This document shows positions 16,602 to 25,159 of a stretch of DNA of 25,479 nt, one piece after another. Origin of the DNA: a virus (lineage: Duplodnaviria > Caudoviricetes); IMG/VR virus record IMGVR_UViG_3300012665_001208, positions 1 to 25,479 of that record. One strand, given 5' to 3'. The notes under the pieces are model-generated. The model worked only from the letters and a program-made list of their open reading frames with translations, searched no databases and was not told the origin of the DNA. Each line of letters starts with the position of its first letter. The first letter of the stretch is position 1. A program made the translations under genes and the position numbers.

Positions 16602-17306
16602 ATGGCAACTCGTGGAAATTCCAATCAAATTATCGTTGGTGCAGCCCAACTCTTCGTTTCGAAGCAGGGTCCCCTAGAATACGCTACTGCTCAGGACGTT
16701 TACGGCTTTAGTGCTAGTCCTACAGTATCTGGCTACCCTTCAATCAGTGCATCTGGAGCTTATGCAGATAAGCTTGAAGCAGATAGCACAAGATGGAGAA
16801 ATGTAGGCTACACAATGAACGGTTTAGAGGTACAGTTCCAACCAGACTTCGGTGAAGTTCAGGTAGATCAGCTTCTTGACGTTGCAAAGCTTTACAAGCA
16901 GGGTATGCAGGTTAGCATGGTTACAGCATTTGCTGAAGCCACACTTGAAAACCTTCTTGTTTCTATTGCAGCAGCAGACAGTACTTATGATGCTACTGGT
17001 GCAACTATTAATAGCTCAGGCAGACTAACTGCTGGAGAGATAGAGCTTGACATAACAGCTGGTGAACTAGGTGAAGTTCCTGTGGAACGTGCACTCATTG
17101 CTGTTGGTCCAGGTTCTGGCGATCCTGCAGCAACTGGTAGTGCAAAGGTAGAGCGTGTTTATGTAGGCAATCGTGTTCTCTCAATTGAGAACGTGACTGT
17201 TTCTGCAAAGCGTGACGAACCTTCTATGTACGAAGTTACATTCCGTTTGCTTCCAGCATCCAATGGTTCCTATGGCAAGATCGTTGATCGTGTCGTTGGC
17301 AACTAA
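16602..17306 (+). CDS. Major tail (tube) protein
   Basis: IIVGAAQLFV, WRNVGYTMNGLEV.FQPDFGEV.VDQLLD, AEATLENL, EVTFRLLP. GAGGTG SD; followed by a terminator and the chaperone genes. Confidence 0.88.
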   Translation: MATRGNSNQIIVGAAQLFVSKQGPLEYATAQDVYGFSASPTVSGYPSISASGAYADKLEADSTRWRNVGYTMNGLEVQFQPDFGEVQVDQLLDVAKLYKQGMQVSMVTAFAEATLENLLVSIAAADSTYDATGATINSSGRLTAGEIELDITAGELGEVPVERALIAVGPGSGDPAATGSAKVERVYVGNRVLSIENVTVSAKRDEPSMYEVTFRLLPASNGSYGKIVDRVVGN

Positions 17307-17327
17307 TAAAATTAAATATAGAGACTT

Positions 17328-17363
17328 TGCCCACCCCCTAAAAAGGGTGGGCATTGTTTATTT
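17328..17363 (+). terminator. Intrinsic terminator after the major tail gene
   Basis: Perfect 9-bp stem TGCCCACCC / GGGTGGGCA, 8-nt loop, tail TTGTTTATTT. Confidence 0.88.
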
Positions 17364-17376
17364 AACAGGGCTTTTA

Positions 17377-17385
17377 TGCTATAAT
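17377..17385 (+). promoter_or_regulatory. Extended -10 promoter TGCTATAAT
   Basis: Perfect TGn-TATAAT after the terminator, upstream of the AGGAGG SD and ATG 17411. Confidence 0.72.
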
Positions 17386-17410
17386 TAAATATATTCTATA
17401 GGAGGAATAA

Positions 17411-17746
17411 ATGGCAACTAGCGTGTATGAAGTTGTAGAAGTAGAACTATTAGATGGTTCTACTATTTCTATGAAACCACTAAAGATTTCTTTGCTAAGA
17501 GATTTTATGAAAGAGTTTCAAAAGATTGGTGATCCAAAGATTGCTGAAGATAATATCAAGTCAATGGATCTTTTGCTAAGCTGTGCAACTATTGCAATGA
17601 AGCAGTATAACTCAGAACTAGCAACTAAGGAGCAGTTAGAGGAAATCATGGATCTCCCAACTGTGTATAAGGTAATTGAAGTGGCTGCAGGGATTAAGTT
17701 GAATGACCCAAACGCACTGGCAGCGGCTCTAGTTGGGACGAACTAG
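17411..17746 (+). CDS. Tail assembly chaperone (gpG equivalent)
   Basis: 111-aa acidic helical protein between the tail tube and TMP genes, with a slippery site near its 3' end. Confidence 0.85.
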   Translation: MATSVYEVVEVELLDGSTISMKPLKISLLRDFMKEFQKIGDPKIAEDNIKSMDLLLSCATIAMKQYNSELATKEQLEEIMDLPTVYKVIEVAAGIKLNDPNALAAALVGTN

Positions 17747-17755
17747 ATCTTGCTG
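17707..17755 (+). other. Programmed -1 ribosomal frameshift signal (C CCA AAC plus downstream hairpin)
   Basis: X XXY YYZ heptamer at 17707-17713 in the correct phase. The -1 frame opens exactly there, after TGA 17704-17706. A hairpin at 17721-17755 follows a 7-nt spacer. Confidence 0.85.
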
Positions 17756-18081
17756 AGTTAGAATCAAGGATATTTCTTCTGGGATTCTGGAAGAATTATT
17801 CTGAAATGGAGGAAAGTATATCAATGCCAGAACTAGTAGCAATACTAGAAGCTAAAAATAATCAAGAGTATGAAGAAAAGAAATTTTTAGCAGCGTTACA
17901 AGGTGTTGATATAGATTCTTCCTCTTCGTCCGACAATAAGTGGGAAGAGATGAAGGCTAGAGTTTATAGCAATGGTGCTACATCTAATCCTAATGATATT
18001 CTTGCCTTGCAAGGTGCTGCAGCCAGAAAAGCTGGTTTTGGTATAGGACAAGGCTTGGAATATGAGGTGATTACAACATAA
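17713..18081 (+). CDS. Tail assembly chaperone frameshift extension (gpT part of a ~223-aa gpGT)
   Basis: The -1 frame reads RTGSGSSWDELDLAELESRIFLLGFWKNYSEMEES... continuously into the 17806 ORF. No clear SD before 17806. Confidence 0.82.
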   Translation, partial: RTGSGSSWDELDLAELESRIFLLGFWKNYSEMEESISMPELVAILEAKNNQEYEEKKFLAALQGVDIDSSSSSDNKWEEMKARVYSNGATSNPNDILALQGAAARKAGFGIGQGLEYEVITT

Positions 18082-21000
18082 TGGCTGAAGTTGCAAAAGG
18101 CATTATTGATATTGAGATTAATACAGGTCGTGCTGCGTCTCAACTTCAAGCCTTGCAGTCCCAGATTAATGCTTTTAATTTAGCTCTTAATAAGAGTAAT
18201 AAGGCACAGGGCACTTTTGCAGCAGAATACTCCAGAGAATTGCAAAGTGCAATTAATAAAACTGGATTGTTTACTGCAGAGACTATAAGACTTCAGACAG
18301 CTGCTGCAACACTCGATAAAACTTTGTCCAAAGGAAAAACCTCCCTTGGGCAATTTTTTAGTGCAAAATTTAATAAAGATAGTGCTATTGCAGCAGAAAC
18401 TATGGCACTTGCTGCAGAAAGAGCAAAAAGACTTCAAACACAATTTGTTGCAACTGCTGGTGCTGCAAATGGATTCCAAGATGCTTTGGCAGTTAGACCA
18501 CTTGCTGCATTTTCTTCAGAAGCAGCAGTAGCTGCTCAAAGAACTCAAATTCTTTCTAACATGTTTAAGCAGGGAACTACTCAGCTTATTAACTTTGGTA
18601 AAAATGTTCAATGGGCTGGTCGTCAGCTCATGGTTGGTTTTACAGTACCTCTTACAATATTTGGATCAGTTGCTGGAAAAACCTTTATGGATTTAGAAAA
18701 ACAGGCAGTTGCATTTAAAAAGGTGTATGGAGATATTTTTACAACTCCAGCAGAATTAAATCAAAACTTAGAAGCAGTAAAAGGTCTTGCTGCTGAATAT
18801 ACAAAATATGGTATTGCAGTAAAAGATACTATTGGTCTTGCAGCACAAGCTGCTGCTGCTGGTAGACAAAATGCAGACCTTACTGATGCAGTTTCTCAAG
18901 CAACAAGACTTGCAACACTTGGTCAAATGGATCAAAACGCAGCACTTGAAACAACTATATCTTTGCAGTCTGCTTTTAGATTATCTGGACAAGATCTTGC
19001 AGATACCATTAACTTTTTAAATATGGTTGAAAACCAAACTGTTGTATCTTTGCAAGATATTGCTGCTGCTATTCCTCGTGTTGCACCAGTTATCCAAGGT
19101 CTTGGTGGAAATGTAAAAGATCTTACAGTATTCCTTGCAGCAATGCAAGAAGGTGGAGTTGATGCAGCAGAAGGTGCTAATGCATTAAAGTCTGGTCTTG
19201 CTTCTTTGATTAACCCAACAAAACAAGCAAATGAAATGTTAAATGGAATGGGTATAAATCTTGAAGGAATTGTTCAAGCAAATAGGGGAGACCTTATGGG
19301 AACAGTTAGATCTTTTGCAGAAGCCTTGGCATCTCTTGATCAGTTTTCAAGACAACAGGCTCTTGAGCAAGTTTTTGGAAAATTCCAGTATGCAAAGCTT
19401 GGAGCACTATTTGATAATATTTCTAGAGAAGGATCTCAGGCTCAGCAAGTAATTGCAACAATGGGATATAGCACAGAACAACTTGGTGCAACTGCAGATA
19501 AAGAATTAAAAACAATTGAAGAGTCTTTTGGTGTGCAATTAACAGGGGCAGTAGAAAGATTTAAATTAGCAATCGCTCCTATTGGAGAAATATTTGTTAG
19601 ACTAGCTATTCCAATAGTTAATTTTGCAACAAAGATTGCAGAGTCATTTAATGGATTATCAGATGGTCAAAAACAGTTTGCTGCAATTGCTGCAACAATT
19701 GTTGGTTTAGTTATTCCAGCAGTTACTATGATGGCTGGTTTATTCTTAAACCTTGTTGGAACCCTTGCAAAAATAGGTCAAGGAATGGCTTTATTTGGAA
19801 AAGGATTTCTTACAGGTGGTCCAGTAGGAGCAGTAAAAGCACTTACACAAAGTTCAAAATATTTAAGTCTTGCAGAGATGGATGCAGCTATGGCTGCTCA
19901 ACAACTATCTGGTGCAAACAAAGTTTTAAACTCAACACTTATTGAGCAAGTTGGTTCAGCAAATGCAGCTGCTACTGCTATTGCAAATCTAACCAAGGCA
20001 TATTCTTCAATGATTGCTACTCAAGGTGCAGCAGCAAACTTGCCAACATTTGGTACAGCAGGTGCTGCTGGAAATGCTGCAAAGACTAGTGGCGTTAGAA
20101 TAAGAGGATTAAGAAGAAATGCTGGTGGTGGAGTTCCAGGATCTGGAAATACAGATACTGTTCCAGCAATGCTTACTCCTGGAGAATTCGTAGTAAATAA
20201 AGAAGCAACTAAAAATAATCTTGGACTTCTTAAAGCAATTAATGATGGAAAAACTCAGGGATTAAATAAGGGTGGAATAGCTAATGGAGTTCAGTATTTA
20301 AATAGAGGTGCAATAGTTTCCCAAGCAAGATCAATTCTTGACATGGTAAGAAGAGGCGGAATGGGCTCTTTAGATGATTTTATTAAAAATGCTAAAGATC
20401 CTAAGGTTTCAGCTTTATTACAACGATACGGAAGCATTAGTCGCTCAACTGGACCTTTAGCTCCAAAAACTCAAATGTCTCCTACTACTAAAAGAACTAC
20501 AGAAAAAACACACTTTGGGGATAAAAGACAAGTACTGTCAGTAGAAGAGTTAGGCTTAATACTTGGTACAAAAGGTGGCTCAAAAAGAGAAATTGCAGAA
20601 GCTTTAATAAAGGGTGGCGTTCCAGTACAATCTTTGACAGATGATTGGATACTTTTGCCAAAATCCATTAATCAAGCAGCTAGGTCAAATACCACTACTC
20701 CAATGAATATTTCATCAGTAATTAAAGAACTTAGACAAAATGTAGGGTCGATAAAATTTAAAGATCGTAACAAAGATTCTGCATTTTCAATATTAAATCC
20801 AACTGAAACAGCATCAGGCTTTGTAGAAAGAATGAGTAAAGAATTAGCAGAATATTTAAGCGAAAATGGAGATGTTTTAGTAACAGATGATCTTCTAACA
20901 CTTTTAAGAAATAAAGCTTATCCAAACATGGTAGGTGCTGGAACGTCAACAGGAATAAGGCTTCCAAGCAAATCAGATATTGGAACCTTATCTGGTGTTG

Positions 21001-24000
21001 ATATAAATTCTCCATCATTTGCTAAATCAGTAAACGATTACTTTAAACAAAATAACATACCTTTATCAACAGATCAAATAGTTCCAAGAAAACCAGGAAG
21101 CAACACTTGGTGGGCATTGCAACTACTTGATTCAGTTGGTGGAAACGTTACTAAAGTAAAGAATAAATTTGCCTCATCTACTGGATTTAATTCAGGTGGA
21201 CCAGTTCCAGGATCTGGAAACACTGACACTGTTCCAGCTATGTTAACACCTGGAGAGTTTGTAGTAAATAAAAAAGCAGCTAGTCAAAATCAAGGAATAC
21301 TTGAAATGATGAATGGTGGAAAGGTTAGAGGATATGCTGTTGGTGGATTAGTTGCTGCTGCTAGGGCTGGTGCTACAAGATTAGCTGGATCTAAAACTGC
21401 AAAGTATGTTGGAGGAACTGCTGCTAGTCTTGGTGGATACGAGGTTGGGTCTGCTCTAACTGGTGGAAGCATGTTTGGTGGACTAGCTGGTTCTATAATT
21501 ACTCCTATGCTTCCAAAAGCAGCAACCTTGTTAGCAAAAGCAATAGGTGTTTCTGTTCCAGCATTTGCAGGAATAACTGCACCATTAGCACTTGCAGGAT
21601 TTGCAATTTATAAATTTAATAAAGGAATTGGAGAAGCTGAAAAGTCTGGTGCAGAATTTACAAGTGCAATGTATGGCACAGCAAAAACAATTGAAGGAAT
21701 TGCCGAACAGTTTGGAACTCAAACAAATGCTCAAGCAGCCAGAATTTCTGCAGTAGAGAGAATTGGTGGACAGGAAATTGGTCAAGAAGCCCAGCAACAA
21801 TCTGCACAATTTGTACAGTCTGAAGCTGGTAAGCAAATGCTTAAAGACGTTGGAACGGTTAAGGCTGGTGGAGGAAATGCTGTAGAGGCTTTAAGAAATC
21901 AACTTTCTGCTGCAATTATATCTGGTGCTATTGGAACAGAAGAAGCAAGAGCAATTGCTGTTGAAGTTGGAACAGCCTTGGGAGATCAGTCTATCGCTGT
22001 AGGAGTTTCTGGAGAATTAACTAGATTAATGGGTCCAGATGGTGGAGACCTGCTAAAAAATCTTTCATCAATTACAGCAGAAATTAGTCCAACAATTGAT
22101 GCAAATAAGTTAGCTGCTGATGCAGCTTCTGCATATGAAAAAATGAATGCTGGAGAAAAGTTTATACAATCTTTCCAAGGTGGAGAAGCAGAGTTTGCAA
22201 AAAATTATCAACTTAATGAAGTTAGTGCAGCTAATTCTGCAGCGTTTGCAAAAGAGGCTCAAGCTAGAGAACTTCTTAATCTTGCATATCAAGAAGGAAC
22301 AATATCCTTAAAAGAGTTCCAAAAACAAAATTCTGCAATAACAAAATCTTCTGAAGCCAATCAAGACTTAGCAGCAAAAGCTTTAGGATTTGAAAATCAA
22401 TCTGCACTAGTAACTGCTTCACAAGGAACTGTTGTAGCTGCTGGTGGAAGAGGCGGTGGTGCAACAGTTAGGACTGAGCAGCAGCAACAAGCTCAGGCAG
22501 TTATTGATGCACAAAAGAAAGAGGTTGAAGACCTACTCCTTTCTATACCTGGACAAACAGAAGACACTGTTGCAAAAATATCTTCAAGTATTTCAAAACT
22601 TGGTGCAGGAGCATTTGGAGATATTCTATCTGGTAGATTAAACCTTGCAGATGTAGAAATATTGGTAAAGCTAAAAGATGGCGGATTAAATGAACAAGAA
22701 ATTGAAGCAGTAAATGATAAGTTACAAGCTCTTAAGAAAATCCCAGACATTGATACTTTAATTAATGTAAAAACTACAAGTCAGGCAGAAATTACAAGAC
22801 TATATGATGCAATGGTAAAGTTTGAAGAAATGCCTGATAAAGAACTTAATATTTATGCAAAGGATAATTTTACTAACATAATCCAACAGGCAGGTGCGAC
22901 ATATGATCAATTTGCAGCATTGCCAGATATTGAAAAAAGAATTGTTCTTGCAAAGATGGAAGTTTTGGCAGATGTTAGACTTACTCTAAATGGCAACATG
23001 GATATGGATCAAGGATCTAGAAGAGACTATGCAGCTCAGGTTAGTACGTTAATGCAATCCATTACTGGATCGTTTACTGCAGGTGGTGGATCAGGTTCTG
23101 GTAGTGGCTCTGGATCAGGTTCTGGCGGTGGCGGTGGAGGAAAGCAAACTCTTGCACAATATATTAAAGAATTTGAAAAGGCAACAAAGGCTAAGATGGA
23201 TTACTTTAAGGCAACCAACCACATTCTTGGAACTGAAAAACAAGAAGCTTTAGCACTGATTGATACTGAGATGTACCTAAAAGCAAATAAAAAGCAAAGA
23301 GAAAAATTGATAGCTCTTGCAGAAAAGCAGTTAAAGATTCAAAGAGCAACTGCTTTCCTTGCCATGACTACAGAGCAAAAAACTTTATTAAGTTTAGAAA
23401 TGCAAGAAAAGGCTTTGAATGTAAAAGCACAGGCAGATAATAAAGCTTTAAGAACTAAGCAAAGAGAAATGGATCTTAATAATAGAGCCTTAGAAGATCT
23501 TGCTGAAAGAGAAGAGGCTGTAAATAAAACATATGATTCAAAACTAGAATCTCTAGATAAAATTGCTAAAGCAAATGATAGATTGGCTGAACAAGAGCGT
23601 TCAAGAATAAATCTTGCATCTTCACTTGCCTCTGGAGATATTGCAGGTGCAGCAGGTATAGTTAGCGAGATGCAACAAGCAGATGCTCAATATCAAATTG
23701 AAGATACTAGGGCTGCTTTAGAGGCACAAAGACAAAGAGATATAGAAGCCCTAACAGTATCTGTAAATGGTCAACTTCTAACAAGAGAACAAATCCAAAC
23801 TAGAAATAAGGCTCTTGCGAAAGAAATTCAAACTATTGAGGATAAGTTATATGCTATTGAAACACAAAGATTAAAAATAGCACAAGATCGTGAAGCAGCA
23901 GAATTAAGAACATATCTGTTACAACAAAAGCAAACCATTGAAGCTTTAAAATATAAAGAAATTAAGGGAGAGTTAACAAAAACTCAAAAAGCATTTTTGG

Positions 24001-24575
24001 GAACACTTACTCTAGACTTTAATAATCTTGCAAAAACTTATAATGCTAGTACTCCTGGATCTAGTGGAGACTTTGCAATGCAAAACCGTGGTGGATATAT
24101 AGCAAGAATGGCAAATGGTGGAGTAGCATATAAGGGGTCTACAGAGTCTCCTCCAGCATTAAAAATGAACGATGGATTTACAGTTCCTGGAAACGGTATG
24201 ACAGACAAGGTTCCTGCCTTACTTACTCCTGGAGAGTTTGTTGTTAGAAAATCAGTAGCAGATAAGAGCAGAGGATTTCTAGAAGCTTTAAATGGTCAAG
24301 TATTCCCTGGAATGGGTGGCACACAAGGTGTTCCAACAAACAATTTCTTACAAGGAATAGGGTCTCCAAGATACTCTATACCAGAAAGAGGTATGACAAG
24401 TATTCCAACAAATACTACAAGTGTCATTTCCCCTTCCTCGACAATGTATAATAGTACATATAACGTAAATGTAAATGTCTCTGGAACAAATGCATCTCCA
24501 GATGATATTGCAAATGTTGTAATGGCAAAGCTTTCACAACAAAACAGAGGAAATTTAAGGAGTACTAGATATTAA
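18081..24575 (+). CDS. Tape measure protein (2164 aa)
   Basis: Ala-rich helical N-terminal TP901-like TMP domain, hydrophobic segments, C-terminal coiled coil and terminal NVNVNV...PDDIA. Follows the chaperones with TAATG coupling. Confidence 0.95.
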   Translation: MAEVAKGIIDIEINTGRAASQLQALQSQINAFNLALNKSNKAQGTFAAEYSRELQSAINKTGLFTAETIRLQTAAATLDKTLSKGKTSLGQFFSAKFNKDSAIAAETMALAAERAKRLQTQFVATAGAANGFQDALAVRPLAAFSSEAAVAAQRTQILSNMFKQGTTQLINFGKNVQWAGRQLMVGFTVPLTIFGSVAGKTFMDLEKQAVAFKKVYGDIFTTPAELNQNLEAVKGLAAEYTKYGIAVKDTIGLAAQAAAAGRQNADLTDAVSQATRLATLGQMDQNAALETTISLQSAFRLSGQDLADTINFLNMVENQTVVSLQDIAAAIPRVAPVIQGLGGNVKDLTVFLAAMQEGGVDAAEGANALKSGLASLINPTKQANEMLNGMGINLEGIVQANRGDLMGTVRSFAEALASLDQFSRQQALEQVFGKFQYAKLGALFDNISREGSQAQQVIATMGYSTEQLGATADKELKTIEESFGVQLTGAVERFKLAIAPIGEIFVRLAIPIVNFATKIAESFNGLSDGQKQFAAIAATIVGLVIPAVTMMAGLFLNLVGTLAKIGQGMALFGKGFLTGGPVGAVKALTQSSKYLSLAEMDAAMAAQQLSGANKVLNSTLIEQVGSANAAATAIANLTKAYSSMIATQGAAANLPTFGTAGAAGNAAKTSGVRIRGLRRNAGGGVPGSGNTDTVPAMLTPGEFVVNKEATKNNLGLLKAINDGKTQGLNKGGIANGVQYLNRGAIVSQARSILDMVRRGGMGSLDDFIKNAKDPKVSALLQRYGSISRSTGPLAPKTQMSPTTKRTTEKTHFGDKRQVLSVEELGLILGTKGGSKREIAEALIKGGVPVQSLTDDWILLPKSINQAARSNTTTPMNISSVIKELRQNVGSIKFKDRNKDSAFSILNPTETASGFVERMSKELAEYLSENGDVLVTDDLLTLLRNKAYPNMVGAGTSTGIRLPSKSDIGTLSGVDINSPSFAKSVNDYFKQNNIPLSTDQIVPRKPGSNTWWALQLLDSVGGNVTKVKNKFASSTGFNSGGPVPGSGNTDTVPAMLTPGEFVVNKKAASQNQGILEMMNGGKVRGYAVGGLVAAARAGATRLAGSKTAKYVGGTAASLGGYEVGSALTGGSMFGGLAGSIITPMLPKAATLLAKAIGVSVPAFAGITAPLALAGFAIYKFNKGIGEAEKSGAEFTSAMYGTAKTIEGIAEQFGTQTNAQAARISAVERIGGQEIGQEAQQQSAQFVQSEAGKQMLKDVGTVKAGGGNAVEALRNQLSAAIISGAIGTEEARAIAVEVGTALGDQSIAVGVSGELTRLMGPDGGDLLKNLSSITAEISPTIDANKLAADAASAYEKMNAGEKFIQSFQGGEAEFAKNYQLNEVSAANSAAFAKEAQARELLNLAYQEGTISLKEFQKQNSAITKSSEANQDLAAKALGFENQSALVTASQGTVVAAGGRGGGATVRTEQQQQAQAVIDAQKKEVEDLLLSIPGQTEDTVAKISSSISKLGAGAFGDILSGRLNLADVEILVKLKDGGLNEQEIEAVNDKLQALKKIPDIDTLINVKTTSQAEITRLYDAMVKFEEMPDKELNIYAKDNFTNIIQQAGATYDQFAALPDIEKRIVLAKMEVLADVRLTLNGNMDMDQGSRRDYAAQVSTLMQSITGSFTAGGGSGSGSGSGSGSGGGGGGKQTLAQYIKEFEKATKAKMDYFKATNHILGTEKQEALALIDTEMYLKANKKQREKLIALAEKQLKIQRATAFLAMTTEQKTLLSLEMQEKALNVKAQADNKALRTKQREMDLNNRALEDLAEREEAVNKTYDSKLESLDKIAKANDRLAEQERSRINLASSLASGDIAGAAGIVSEMQQADAQYQIEDTRAALEAQRQRDIEALTVSVNGQLLTREQIQTRNKALAKEIQTIEDKLYAIETQRLKIAQDREAAELRTYLLQQKQTIEALKYKEIKGELTKTQKAFLGTLTLDFNNLAKTYNASTPGSSGDFAMQNRGGYIARMANGGVAYKGSTESPPALKMNDGFTVPGNGMTDKVPALLTPGEFVVRKSVADKSRGFLEALNGQVFPGMGGTQGVPTNNFLQGIGSPRYSIPERGMTSIPTNTTSVISPSSTMYNSTYNVNVNVSGTNASPDDIANVVMAKLSQQNRGNLRSTRY
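20133..20201 (+). repeat. TMP repeat copy 1 (VPGSGNTDTVPAMLTPGEFVVNK)
   Basis: 23 aa identical to copy 2. Confidence 0.95.
21204..21272 (+). repeat. TMP repeat copy 2 (VPGSGNTDTVPAMLTPGEFVVNK)
   Basis: Protein-identical to copy 1, with 8 synonymous codon differences by my count. Confidence 0.95.
23082..23141 (+). repeat. Gly/Ser low-complexity linker in TMP
   Basis: GGGSGSGSGSGSGSGGGGGG with varied codons. Confidence 0.9.
24183..24251 (+). repeat. TMP repeat copy 3 (VPGNGMTDKVPALLTPGEFVVRK)
   Basis: Diverged third copy near the C-terminus. Confidence 0.9.
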
Positions 24576-25159
24576 TGGTTAGTAGTGCATATTTAAGTGG
24601 CAGAAAAAAGTGGATAAGACCACAAGCAATTATTTTTTCTAATAACTCTGGAGGAATTTTAAATGGTGTTCCACAAATTTCTGGGACTGAAAAAGAAGAT
24701 TTCATAATCCTTTCTGATCACAACAGAAGTGATATTAGCTTTAATACTAATAGACTTGAAAATAGAAAAAGAATGGTAAATGGTCATATGCGTTCTTATC
24801 ATATTGCAGATAAGATGAATGTTTCTTTTTCTTACAATTTACTGCCTTCTAGATCCTTTAGTGGAAATCAATCTTTTACTGCAAGTGGTCAATATGTAAG
24901 CGATTTGGTTGAGTATACTGCAGATGGTGGTGCAGGTGGTGCAGAGCTTTTAGACTGGTATAGTTCAAATCCTGGATCATTTTATATGTTTTTATCTTAT
25001 GATAAACCTCAAAACTTTACTGTTGGAGTGTATGAAAATCTAGACAAGTACTCAGATGTCATGGAAGTTTTTGTATCAGACTTTAGTTATAATGTTGTTA
25101 AAAGAGGCGGAACTAACCACGACTTGTGGGACATTTCTATTTCTCTTGAGGAAGTATAA
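24575..25159 (+). CDS. Probable distal tail / minor tail protein (194 aa)
   Basis: First gene after TMP, TAATG-coupled. Beta-rich, RKRMVNG.MR motif, ends WDISISLEEV. Confidence 0.7.
   Translation: MVSSAYLSGRKKWIRPQAIIFSNNSGGILNGVPQISGTEKEDFIILSDHNRSDISFNTNRLENRKRMVNGHMRSYHIADKMNVSFSYNLLPSRSFSGNQSFTASGQYVSDLVEYTADGGAGGAELLDWYSSNPGSFYMFLSYDKPQNFTVGVYENLDKYSDVMEVFVSDFSYNVVKRGGTNHDLWDISISLEEV

Noticed and set aside
20133-21272. TMP repeats as a DGR template/variable pair, CRISPR repeats or IS ends
   Set aside because: Differences are synonymous and not adenine-specific, both copies are in-frame coding, and no reverse transcriptase, cas or transposase gene is in the window.
503-22750. Numerous 60-140 aa alternative-frame and minus-strand ORFs in the track (e.g. 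754-1083, 9344-9757, 10077-10448, 11802-12080, 18180-18479)
   Set aside because: They lie almost wholly within well-supported genes, lack SD or promoter support and have shadow-frame composition. Only 3368-3589 occupies its own gap with expression signals.
23082-23141. Gly/Ser run as a phase-variable or tandem DNA repeat
   Set aside because: Codons are heterogeneous, so it is a protein-level linker rather than a slippage tract.
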